Assembly: GCA_046726415.1 (NCBI GenBank)
Contig: JBKPAK010000062.1
Coordinates: 1-38,638, forward strand
Origin: Candidatus Methylomirabilota bacterium
GTDB taxonomy: Bacteria > Methylomirabilota > Methylomirabilia > Rokubacteriales > CSP1-6
Reading direction: 5' to 3'
Length of the DNA: 38,638 nucleotides
Shown here: in pieces, positions 18,698 to 27,406 of the stretch
Numbering within the stretch: position 1 is the stretch's first letter
How the letters are laid out: each line of letters opens with the position of its first letter
The notes under the pieces: generated by a model
Told to the model about the DNA's origin: nothing
What the model saw: only the letters and a program-made list of their open reading frames with translations
Database searches by the model: none
Made by a program: the position numbers and the translations under genes

Positions 18698-20083
18698 ATG
18701 CGGCTCCGGGCGCACCTGGTCCTGAGCGTGGCCGCGATGCTCACCAGCTCGTGTCTGGCTGCGGGCCAGCTGAGGCCCCACCACGAGCCCACCGGTGTGT
18801 CCATCCTGCCCCCACCGGTCGACCCGAATTCTTCCGGCTACCGGAAGCCGCTGCCGTTCTCTGCGTATGTCGGGTGGGCGCGGGACCAGATCCGCCTGGC
18901 TCGCGAGCGCGCCGGGCTCGGCGGGGCGAACGAAAATGCCATCGTCGACATGCGGGCGCCCTATGAGTGGGCCCCCGACCCGGTCGACTGCGTGGCGGCC
19001 CAACAGCGAGCTGGACGTCGCGGGATCCTCCTCATCCACGGGCTCACCGATTCCCCCTTCCTCATGCGGGACGTCGGCCGCCACTTCCAGAAGCGGTGCT
19101 TTCTGGTGCGGGCCATTCTCTTGCCCGGACACGGCACGGTGCCGGGCGACCTTCTCGACACGACCTACGAGGAGTGGGTGGCGGCCACCCGCTACGGGAT
19201 CGACAGCTTCGAGCATCGGGTCGACGATCTCTATGTCGCGGGATTTTCCACGGGCGGCGGCCTGGCCGTGTATCACGCCCTCGGCCAGGACGAGCTCCGT
19301 CGCCCGATCAGGGCGCTGGTGCTCTTTTCACCGGCGATCAAGGTCGCCAGCCCGCTCGTCCCTCTCGCCAACTGGCACAAGATCTACAGCTGGGCGATGC
19401 CGCGCGGCCAGTGGGACGGCGATCTCTTCGACGAGCACGACGCCGCCAAGTATGAGTCGTTCACCAAGAACGCCGGCGATCAGGTGTATCTCTTGACGCT
19501 GGCCATCGCCGATCGGCACAAATCTCGCGCTCTGGACACTCCCATCTTCATCGCCCTCAGCCAGGACGACAGCACCGTAGACAGCCGGGCCACCATCGAA
19601 TTCTTCAATGCGATCACCCCGGCCACGCCCCCGTGGAAGAACGTGCTCATTTCGTACACGAGGGCACCCTACACCTTCGGCGATCAGCTCCCGATCCGCG
19701 AGCGGAGTAGCATCGATCCGCCACAGGGCATCATCAGCTCTTCCCACCTGGCGATCCCGATCCATCCCGACAATCCGCACTATGGCCGAGAGGGAATATA
19801 CAAGAGCTGTCTCGCATACGCGCCGCCGAACAGCGAGCGGCGCGCCCCCGATCCGCGCAGTGCATGGGCCCGCTGTCACACGGGTCATCCCCCAGGCGAT
19901 GGCGTCCGCCTCGGCGAGAAGTCCCTGCAGAAAGATCTCGAGAACGCCTCGACGCTCGAACGCTTCGACCCGCCCCTCGTCCTGCGTCGCCTCACCTTCA
20001 ATCCCGACTTCGACGGGATGATGGCGGAGGTCGACGCCTTTGTGCAGCGAGTCGAGGCGGATCGGTCGCCCCGCTGGAAATAG
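18698..20083 (+). CDS. Exported alpha/beta hydrolase (esterase/lysophospholipase-like), possible lipoprotein
   Basis: Signal peptide with LTSSC lipobox-like motif; IHGLTDSP, LPGHG, nucleophile elbow GFSTGG, candidate Asp (DDSTVD) and His (SSHL). Confidence 0.82.
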   Translation: MRLRAHLVLSVAAMLTSSCLAAGQLRPHHEPTGVSILPPPVDPNSSGYRKPLPFSAYVGWARDQIRLARERAGLGGANENAIVDMRAPYEWAPDPVDCVAAQQRAGRRGILLIHGLTDSPFLMRDVGRHFQKRCFLVRAILLPGHGTVPGDLLDTTYEEWVAATRYGIDSFEHRVDDLYVAGFSTGGGLAVYHALGQDELRRPIRALVLFSPAIKVASPLVPLANWHKIYSWAMPRGQWDGDLFDEHDAAKYESFTKNAGDQVYLLTLAIADRHKSRALDTPIFIALSQDDSTVDSRATIEFFNAITPATPPWKNVLISYTRAPYTFGDQLPIRERSSIDPPQGIISSSHLAIPIHPDNPHYGREGIYKSCLAYAPPNSERRAPDPRSAWARCHTGHPPGDGVRLGEKSLQKDLENASTLERFDPPLVLRRLTFNPDFDGMMAEVDAFVQRVEADRSPRWK

Positions 20084-20145
20084 AGATCGGCGCGACCGGG
20101 AGGGGACCTGCCGATTCGGAAGCGATCTCTCGTACTATAGGGCGC

Positions 20146-21237
20146 ATGGGATCGAACCTCGAGGACAAGTTTCAGACACTGCACGAGATCGTGAAAGCCG
20201 CGCGCATCAATCTCGCTCCCGGGCCGTGGGACTACCTGGTGGGCGGGGCGGAGACCGAGACCACCCTTCGCCGCAACCGCTTGGCCATCGACTCTCTCGC
20301 CTTCCGGCCGCGGGTGCTCCGCGACGTGTCGAAGATCGACACCACGTCGAGCCTCTTCGGACGTCCCCTGCGCATCCCGGTCATGCTCGCACCGGTCGGG
20401 TCCATCGAGACGTTCACGCCGGGAGGCGGGGCCACCGCGGCCGAGGCTTCCGCCGAATTCGGCGTGCCCCAGATGCTCAGTTCCGTGTGCAGCCCGGGGC
20501 TGGAGGCGGTGGCGACAGCGGCCGATAACTTCCGCATCTTCCAGCTCTACGTGCGCGGCGACGACGGCTGGGTCGACGACCACGTGAAGCGCGCGCGCGA
20601 CTGCGGGTACGCCGCGTTCTGCCTCACCGTGGACACCGCCTCGTATAGCCGGCGGGAGCGGGATCTCGCGCGGCGGTTCGTCAAGCCATGGCGGGTGCGG
20701 GCCACTGGGCACAATTTCCAGGCCGCGCTCTCCTGGGACCACGTCAAGCGCTTCAAGGACACCCACGACATCCCGCTGATCCTGAAAGGCATCGCCACCG
20801 CCGAGGACGCGCTGATCGCCTGCGAGCACGGCGTGGAGGGCATCTACGTCTCCAACCACGGCGGGCGCCAGCTCGACCAAGGCCGGGGTTCTCTCGACGT
20901 GCTGCCCGAGGTGGTCGCTGCGGCGGCCGGCCGCGCCACTATTGTCGTCGACGGCGGCTTCCTGCGCGGGACCGACGTGGTCAAGGCCATCGCCCTGGGC
21001 GCCCACGCCGTGGGCATTGGCCGTCTCGAATGCTTCGGCTTGGCGGCAGCGGGCGCACCCGGACTCGTGCGTGCGCTCGAGATCTTGGAGGACGAGATCC
21101 GCATCTGTCTGGGTCTTCTCGGCGCGAGCCATCTCGCCACGCTCGATCGCTCGTACCTGCATGCGGCGCCGCCGGTGACGCCCGTCCACGCGACGAGCGC
21201 CTTTCCGCTCCTCGACCTCAACGTCGACGACTATTGA
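20146..21237 (+). CDS. FMN-dependent alpha-hydroxy acid oxidase/dehydrogenase
   Basis: FRPRVLRDVS, FQLY, LTVD, LKGI, VSNHGGRQLD, DGG-RGTDVVKAIALGA. Confidence 0.93.
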   Translation: MGSNLEDKFQTLHEIVKAARINLAPGPWDYLVGGAETETTLRRNRLAIDSLAFRPRVLRDVSKIDTTSSLFGRPLRIPVMLAPVGSIETFTPGGGATAAEASAEFGVPQMLSSVCSPGLEAVATAADNFRIFQLYVRGDDGWVDDHVKRARDCGYAAFCLTVDTASYSRRERDLARRFVKPWRVRATGHNFQAALSWDHVKRFKDTHDIPLILKGIATAEDALIACEHGVEGIYVSNHGGRQLDQGRGSLDVLPEVVAAAAGRATIVVDGGFLRGTDVVKAIALGAHAVGIGRLECFGLAAAGAPGLVRALEILEDEIRICLGLLGASHLATLDRSYLHAAPPVTPVHATSAFPLLDLNVDDY

Positions 21238-21314
21238 GATGGGGGGCCTCGAAAGGGCCCCCCATGCCCCCCGAACGCTCGGGACGCCCCGGCAAAGCCG
21301 TGGCGTCCCTCGAT
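21238..21314 (+). repeat. REP-like bipartite palindromic element, copy 2 (two hairpins, about 77 bp)
   Basis: ATGGGGGGCC-TCGAAAG-GGCCCCCCAT hairpin followed by GGGACGCC-CCGGC-AAA-GCCGT-GGCGTCCC hairpin; homologous to 15250-15283 and 37355-37427. Confidence 0.8.
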
Positions 21315-21315
21315 A

Positions 21316-21525
21316 TCGCCCGGCGCTTGGGAGGCCCGACAATGCTGGGGCAGCTCCCGCGAACCTTTTCGCCCGGCGCTTGGGAGGCCCGACAATGCTG
21401 GGGCAGCTCCCGCGAACCTTTTCGCCCGGCGCTGGGAGGCCCGACAATGCTGGGGCAGCTCCCGCGAACCTTTTCGCCCGGCGCTTGGGAGGCCCGACAA
21501 TGCTGGGGCAGCTCCTGCGAACCTT
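21316..21525. repeat. Tandem array of four 53-bp units (53, 53, 52 and 52 bp)
   Basis: Unit TCGCCCGGCGCTTGGGAGGCCCGACAATGCTGGGGCAGCTCCCGCGAACCTTT starts at 21316, 21369, 21422 (one T missing) and 21474 (one C>T, one terminal T short); no spacers. Confidence 0.97.
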
Positions 21526-21620
21526 CGACGCGCGGGACGCCTCTCGATTTCGCGCCAGGTTTGCGCGGCTCCGGTCGAGCGCCGCGCCTAACGCTTCGGA
21601 CGCTTCCATTGGCCCCGATC

Positions 21621-22265
21621 TCAGTCGGTCCGGCGCGCGCGGAGGGTCACGCGGTCGCGGAAGCGGTAGACGCATTCCACCACGTCGAAACCGGCGGCGG
21701 CGATCTCCGCAGATAGCTCGGGCATGGTGAGGCGGCGGGCGGGATCCTCGAGCCCACCGCGGGCCCAAGGAGCGGCGAGCGTCTCGAGATCGTAGAGCCA
21801 GCCGCCTGGCCGCAGCATCGCGCGCACCTCTCTCAGAGAGGCGCGCAGCCAGTGCAGCGCATCGGCCAGTGTGTTCCCGCGAAGCTCGATGACCGGCATG
21901 AAGACGCTCCCCGCCGTGGCCACCGTCCCCTCACTCACGCCGAGCGCCTGCCCTTCGCCAACGCCGTACGGGACGGGCGTGACGACGGCCGCCGGGAGGG
22001 CTTCGCGGAGGCGCGCCACCGCGCGCTCGAGCTTGGGCGCGTTGGGCTCCACCAGGGTGACCCGACCCAGCGCCGGGTAGCTGCGGGCGATCAGACCCGC
22101 GAGTTTGCCGGTGCCGGTGCCCACGTCGACGAGATGGTCATCGCGATCGAGCGGCGGCAGCGCGATGACGGCTTCGCGGTAGTGCTCGGGTTCTCGCTCG
22201 GGCCCGGCCGTCCACGTCGTGTCGTGCAGGTCATACCAGTCGGGATGTTCCCAGGGCGCGTCCAT
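21621..22265 (-). CDS. Class I SAM-dependent methyltransferase
   Basis: Motif I VDVGTGTG, acidic residue in LVEP, LRPGGW; ATG 22265. Confidence 0.82.
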   Translation of the reverse strand: MDAPWEHPDWYDLHDTTWTAGPEREPEHYREAVIALPPLDRDDHLVDVGTGTGKLAGLIARSYPALGRVTLVEPNAPKLERAVARLREALPAAVVTPVPYGVGEGQALGVSEGTVATAGSVFMPVIELRGNTLADALHWLRASLREVRAMLRPGGWLYDLETLAAPWARGGLEDPARRLTMPELSAEIAAAGFDVVECVYRFRDRVTLRARRTD

Positions 22266-22348
22266 GCCGCGATGGTAGTCGCCTTGCCGGCCAGCGGGAA
22301 GGTCGACTAAGATCGGCGGGTCCATCCCGGCGCGCAAGGAGGCCTGCC

Positions 22349-23500
22349 ATGATGCGTCTCGTGCTGCTGCCCGTGATCCCCTTGCTGCTCTTCGTGGCCA
22401 CGGCGGAGGCGCAGATCGCCATCTCCGCCAACGACAACAAGGTCGTCCTGGTCGACGGCGTGTCCACCGTCGTGCAGAATCCGGCCGTCGACACCGTGTC
22501 CGTAATCGACATGAAGCAGTACCCGCCGAGGCTCGTGGCCGAGATCACCGCGCCCACGAGCGTGGTCGGGCCGCCGCTGAGCGTGGCCATCACCCCGGAC
22601 GAGAGTCTGGCCCTGGTCACGGCCGCCATGAAGATCGATCCGAACGACCGGACCAAGCAGACCCCCGACAACCGCCTGTCGGTCATCGATCTGAAGGCCT
22701 CGCCGCCCCAGGTCATTGCGACCATGGAGACGGGCAAAGGGCCGGCGGGTCTCTCCATCAATCGCCAGGGCAACCTGGCGATCGTGGCCAACCGGGCGGA
22801 AGGCACCCTGTCGGTCTTCACCATCAGCGGCAAGACGGTGAGCCCGGTGGGTACGGTGAAGCTCGGCGACGAGAAGATCGGCGCCGCCCACGTGGCCTTC
22901 AGTCCCGACGGCAAGACCGCCCTCGTGCCGCGTGATGGCGACGACCGCATCTCGGTCCTCGCGATCGACGGCACCAAGGTGGAGTACACCAAGCGCGACC
23001 TGGCCGCGGGGGTACGGCCCTACGGACTCGACATCAGTTCGGATGGCAAGTACGCGGCGGTAGCCAACATCGGGCGGGGCGGCGGCGACAGCGATACCGT
23101 CAGCCTCATCGACATGCAGGCCAAGCCGGTCCGTGTGGTCGACACCATCACCGTCGGCCAGACCCCGGAAGGCCTCAAGGTTTCGCCCGACGGCAAGTGG
23201 ATCGGCGTCGTGGTCATGAACGGCAGCAACAAGCCGAAGAACTCGCCCTTCTATGCGGACAACGGCAAGCTCGTGATTCTCAAGGCCGACGGCAGCAAGC
23301 TGGTGAAGGTCGCCGAGGCTCCGATCGGGCACTGGTCACAGGGCGTCGCCTTCTCGGCGGACGGCCGAACGATCCTGGTCGGCAACATGGTCGAGAAGAA
23401 CCTCCAGGTGTTCGACTGGAATGGCACCGCGCTCAAGGACTCTGGCCACAACATCAAGCTGAACGGCGGCTCGGCGGCCCTTCGCATCGCCGACAAGTAG
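22349..23500 (+). CDS. Secreted YncE/YVTN-type beta-propeller protein
   Basis: Signal peptide ending AEA-Q; repeated TVSVID/SPDGK blades; SD AAGGAGG. Confidence 0.85.
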   Translation: MMRLVLLPVIPLLLFVATAEAQIAISANDNKVVLVDGVSTVVQNPAVDTVSVIDMKQYPPRLVAEITAPTSVVGPPLSVAITPDESLALVTAAMKIDPNDRTKQTPDNRLSVIDLKASPPQVIATMETGKGPAGLSINRQGNLAIVANRAEGTLSVFTISGKTVSPVGTVKLGDEKIGAAHVAFSPDGKTALVPRDGDDRISVLAIDGTKVEYTKRDLAAGVRPYGLDISSDGKYAAVANIGRGGGDSDTVSLIDMQAKPVRVVDTITVGQTPEGLKVSPDGKWIGVVVMNGSNKPKNSPFYADNGKLVILKADGSKLVKVAEAPIGHWSQGVAFSADGRTILVGNMVEKNLQVFDWNGTALKDSGHNIKLNGGSAALRIADK

Positions 23501-23538
23501 CGGACGACGAACGGGGAAAGCGCCCGGGGGACAATGAT

Positions 23539-24432
23539 ATGGACATCGGCTGCCATCTTCCGACGCAGGGTCCGGTCGCCACCCGCGAAGCGCTCCTGAC
23601 ATTTGCGCACGCGGCCGAGCAGCACCGGATGGCGTCGCTGTGGGTCAGCGATCACGTCATCTTCCCGCGAACCGCCACCGGCCGCTATCCCGGCGGGCGC
23701 TTTCCCCACCCACCTGACCAGGCATACCTCGAGCCCGTCGCCGTCCTCGCCGCCGCCGCCGTCTGCACGACGCAGGCGCGGATCGGAGCGTCGGTGTTCA
23801 TCCTGGGCCATCGCCATCCGGTGGTGATGGCGAAGATGCTGACGACGATCGACGCGCTCTCCGGCGGCCGGCTCATCTGCGGCGTCGGCGTCGGCTGGTG
23901 GAAGGAGGAGATGGAGATCCTCGGCGCGCCCTTCCACGCGCGGGGCCGTCAGGCCGACGAGATGTTGCGGATCTTCAGGGAGCTGTGGACGGCACCGAAT
24001 CCCCGCTTCGACGGCGAGTTCTTCCGGTTTCGCGACGTCGGCTTCGCCCCCAAGCCCGTGCAGAAGCCCCACCCGCCCATCTGGGTGGGCGGCGACAGCC
24101 CCGGGGCCTTCCGCCGCGTGGTGGCGCTCGGCGATGGCTGGCACGCCACGTCGAAGACTCCGGCCGAGCTGCGCGATGCCCTGGGACGCCTGCGCGCCGC
24201 GGCCGAGACCGCCAAGCGCCCCTTCGAGAGCATTGCGCTCTCACTGCGATTTGGCCTCAAGGATGATCTGCTCGCCCAAGGCCCGCAGGCGGTGATCGAC
24301 GTGCTCGCCGAGTACAAGCGCCTCGGGCTGAGCCACTTGGTGATCGACTTTCGCCGCGACGAGCTCGGGCGGATGGTGGAGCTGCTGGACCTCGTGGCCA
24401 CCAAAGTGCGCCCGGCCGTCGACGCGGGCTGA
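23539..24432 (+). CDS. LLM class (putative F420-dependent) oxidoreductase
   Basis: SLWVSDHV, AKMLTTIDALSGGRLICGVGVGW, PKPVQKPHPPIWVGG, GDGW. Confidence 0.9.
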   Translation: MDIGCHLPTQGPVATREALLTFAHAAEQHRMASLWVSDHVIFPRTATGRYPGGRFPHPPDQAYLEPVAVLAAAAVCTTQARIGASVFILGHRHPVVMAKMLTTIDALSGGRLICGVGVGWWKEEMEILGAPFHARGRQADEMLRIFRELWTAPNPRFDGEFFRFRDVGFAPKPVQKPHPPIWVGGDSPGAFRRVVALGDGWHATSKTPAELRDALGRLRAAAETAKRPFESIALSLRFGLKDDLLAQGPQAVIDVLAEYKRLGLSHLVIDFRRDELGRMVELLDLVATKVRPAVDAG

Positions 24433-24537
24433 CCCCCGTCCGTACGGGCCCGCTCACACCTCCGGCGTGCGGGGACCGTTGCCACGTTGGGTCAGCTCCG
24501 CAGATCCTGACAGGGTGGCCGGCGGCAACTGCGCCGA

Positions 24538-25044
24538 CTATCGGGTCGTCGACTTCGCGCGGAGGCCGATGATGCGTCCCACATGCGGCGACGGTGGTAA
24601 CCCGGCATGTGCCTTCTCCACGCGCGCCAGGAACTCCTGCACCTCCGGCGTCATGGGCGCAGCGCGGCGCGTCGCTTCGCTGACGTGCAGCGACATCAGC
24701 TCGTTGGTGGCCGAGAGATAGCCCTCGGTGGCGTGGTACATCTCGTGGAGGTAGTGGAGGCGCTTGGCGTCCCAGCCCAGCAGGCGCGTGCTGAAGCGCA
24801 GCGGGTCGCCCTCCCGAACCTCGCGCGCGAAGGTCAGGTGCGCTTCCAGGCAGAAGGTGGTGATGTGGTGCTCTTGCCGGTGGGCGCGGTCGAGGCCGAT
24901 AAAGTCCATCCAGGCGTCGGTGGCGAAGTCGAACACCACCAGGTAGTAGCCCACGTTCATGTGCTTGTTGTTGTCGATCCACTCCGGGCGCACGACGTCG
25001 CGGTAGACGTCAAGGGGAGTGGGGATCTCCGTCAGGGTGCGCAC
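24538..25044 (-). CDS. Hotdog-fold thioesterase family protein
   Basis: VRPEWIDNNKHMNVGYY, EAHLTFAREV; GTG start overlapping the upstream LLM stop, GGAGG SD 10 nt before. Confidence 0.82.
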   Translation of the reverse strand: MRTLTEIPTPLDVYRDVVRPEWIDNNKHMNVGYYLVVFDFATDAWMDFIGLDRAHRQEHHITTFCLEAHLTFAREVREGDPLRFSTRLLGWDAKRLHYLHEMYHATEGYLSATNELMSLHVSEATRRAAPMTPEVQEFLARVEKAHAGLPPSPHVGRIIGLRAKSTTR

Positions 25045-26029
25045 GCGCGAATAGCCTCCATGGCCTGGGACTTGGCATCGGGACCGCCGACGCGCGGGCT
25101 GATGATGGGCAGGGCGAGGCCGGCGCGGCGATACTCCTCCACGCGCGCGCGGACTTCGGCGGGGGTCCCCGCCGCACTGACGGCGTCGACGAGGGCGTCG
25201 GGTACGGCGCGGACCGCGGCGGCGCGGTCGCCGGTGTCCCACATGCGCTTGATGGTCGCGGCCGCCTCAACGAAGCCGCTCTCCGCCATGAGCCGGTTGT
25301 GGCGAGGGAAGTACCCCGCATAGGTCGCCACCGACGGGCGCAGGCGCTCGCGGGCCATCTCGCGCATCGGCGCCACTGCGCACGGGAGCAGCGACACGAT
25401 CTCGACGTCCTCTGGACGACGTCCCGCTCGTCGCGCGCCGGCCGTTACGTACGGCGTCACGCGGCCCACGGCGTCCAGCGTGCTCCAGGTGAGGATCACG
25501 CCCTGGGCGATCTCGCCGCAGATCCCCAGCATGGTCGGGAAGAGCCCGGCGAGATAGATGGGGATCTCGCGCCGCGACGGCATGAACCAGAGGTCGAAGC
25601 GCTCGATCCGGATGACCTTGCCCTGGTACGAAGCGACACCGTCCCGCACGAGGGTACGGACGACCTCCGCTGTCTCGCGCAGGCGCTGCACCGGCTGCGC
25701 GAAGGCGATGCCGTGCTCGGGCTCGACCTGGACGCGGTGGCTGGAGCCGAGCCCCAAGATGAATCGCCCGCCCGAGAGCTGATCCACGGTGGCCGCCGCC
25801 ATGGCGATCGTCGGCGCGCTGCGCACGAAGACGCTGCTGATGCTCGTGCCGAGCCGGATCTGTCGCGTGGCCACTGCGCACGCGGCCAGGATGGCGAACT
25901 GATCGCCGCCATGCCCTTCGGCCATCCAGGCCGACTCGTAACCCAGCTCCTCGGCGAGCCGCACGCATCTATGATGTCGCCAGGGGCCAGGCCGCCGGTG
26001 AACGCGATGCCGATCCGCGGCGTCGTCAT
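25032..26029 (-). pseudogene. LLM class flavin/F420-dependent oxidoreductase with a 1-nt frameshift near codon 21
   Basis: MTTPRIGIAFTGGLAPGDII (ATG 26029) is in a different frame from CVRLAEELGYESAWMAE...SGGRFILGLG (25967-25032); one extra base at about 25968 restores a continuous LLM protein. Confidence 0.78.
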
Positions 26030-26336
26030 GGGCCGCATTGTATGACGTGTCCGATCGGAGCCCACTCGCTCGTCACCTGGCAACGTATAGGAACGGGCTC
26101 CTCGGGGAGAGAACGGCCCCTCGATACCGACGAACCCAAGGCACGCCGGAGTGCTTCGACGCCCTCCGCACAGGAATCACACGTCCAGCGACGTTCGGAA
26201 AACGAAGCGCCGCGCCGGCCAGGCAGTCAGCAGCCTGCGGACGCCCCCGAGGCCGCGGTCGCCGGTGTTCTCTTTCGCTGCCGCGCGGAGTACGATCGCC
26301 GATGATGATAAGCCTGCCGGCGAACCGGCGTCGCGC

Positions 26337-27344
26337 ATGACGGCCGGCGCGGCGCCCCACGTCGCCGCCCTGCAGCGCTGCTGGCATCCGGTGGCGTACA
26401 GCCACGATGTCGGCGACCAGCCGCGCGCCACCACGCTGCTGGGGGAGCCGCTCGTTCTCTGGCGCGACTCCGCCGGAACGATCCGCGCGTTCAAGGATCT
26501 GTGCATCCATCGGGGCACCGCGCTATCCCTCGGGCGCGTACAGGACGATGAGATCGTCTGCGCGTATCACGGCTGGCGCTACCGCGGCGACGGTTCGTGC
26601 AGTGCGATTCCCCAACTGGTCGACCCCACCCACGTGCCCACCAGGGCGCGCGCCACCGCCTACCGCGCCGCCGAGCGTTACGGGGTTGTATGGGTGGCCT
26701 TGGGGGAGCCGCGTTGGCCAATCCCCGACGTGCCCCAGTTGGAAGACGGCGCCTGGCGCGCCGTGCTCACCGGCCCTTTCGCCTGGCGGTGCGACGCCTC
26801 GCGCCAGGTCGAGAACTTCACGGACTTCGGCCACTTCGCCTTCGTGCACGAGGGACTGCTGGGCGATCCGGCCCAGGCCGTGGTGGCGCCGTACGAGGTC
26901 CGCATGGACGGGAACGTTCTTCACTACGACTACGAGCGGCCAGATGCGCCGACCACCGAGGACCTCCCCGTGTTCGCCGCCGCGGAGCGCAAGGACTCCA
27001 CGCGCCGCACGCGCTACGCTCTGCACCTGCCCTACACGATCGTAGAGCACATCGACTGGGGCGGCACCGACGGGATCGTCTACTTCTTCGCCTCCCAGCC
27101 GGTGGCGGGGGACCGCTGCGTCGGCTACTGCCTCGTCGCGCGCAACTACAACCTCGAGCAGCCGGACGAGGTCATGCAGGCCTTCGAACGCACCATCTTC
27201 GGACAGGATCAGCGCGTGGTCGAGTCGCAGCGTCCGGAGCAGGTGCCCTTCGATGTCGCCGCCGAGCTCCATTTGAAGTGCGACGCGGTGGCCGTAGTCT
27301 ACCGGCGCGCCATGGAGGCGCACGGCTTCGCGCCTGGCTGTTGA
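26337..27344 (+). CDS. Rieske non-heme iron oxygenase alpha subunit (VanA/NdmA-like O- or N-demethylase type)
   Basis: WHPVA, Rieske ligands CIH...CAYH, mononuclear iron motif ENFTDFGHFAFVH, QD...ESQ. Confidence 0.9.
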   Translation: MTAGAAPHVAALQRCWHPVAYSHDVGDQPRATTLLGEPLVLWRDSAGTIRAFKDLCIHRGTALSLGRVQDDEIVCAYHGWRYRGDGSCSAIPQLVDPTHVPTRARATAYRAAERYGVVWVALGEPRWPIPDVPQLEDGAWRAVLTGPFAWRCDASRQVENFTDFGHFAFVHEGLLGDPAQAVVAPYEVRMDGNVLHYDYERPDAPTTEDLPVFAAAERKDSTRRTRYALHLPYTIVEHIDWGGTDGIVYFFASQPVAGDRCVGYCLVARNYNLEQPDEVMQAFERTIFGQDQRVVESQRPEQVPFDVAAELHLKCDAVAVVYRRAMEAHGFAPGC

Positions 27345-27377
27345 CCGATCGCGTTCCGAGGGCCACGGGAGTGTCCG

Positions 27378-27401
27378 GCGGCCGGCCTTCGCCCCGGCCG
27401 C
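27378..27401. terminator. GC hairpin between the convergent Rieske and cyclase genes
   Basis: GCGGCCGG-N8-CCGGCCGC inverted repeat; no U tract. Confidence 0.25.
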
Positions 27402-27406
27402 GTGCG

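Noticed and set aside
16529-19276. 915-aa N-terminally extended hydantoinase A
   Set aside because: The extension overlaps the divergent hydrolase antisense; the family N-terminus MPRYSLGIDIGG begins at 18628
21316-21525. CRISPR array
   Set aside because: Units are directly head-to-tail with no unique spacers, are 53 bp long, and no cas gene is present in the window
21231-21730. Repeat-protein ORFs across the tandem array (21239-21730 +, 21231-21500 -)
   Set aside because: The 53-bp period shifts frame each unit, there is no SD, and the translations are low-information
26095-26260. Canonical glycine, SAM-I or cobalamin riboswitch call
   Set aside because: Only partial echoes; lacks CUCUCAGG, AUC-AGAG/GCAACC and the CCCGCAACUGU-type cores, so it is kept only as a speculative finding
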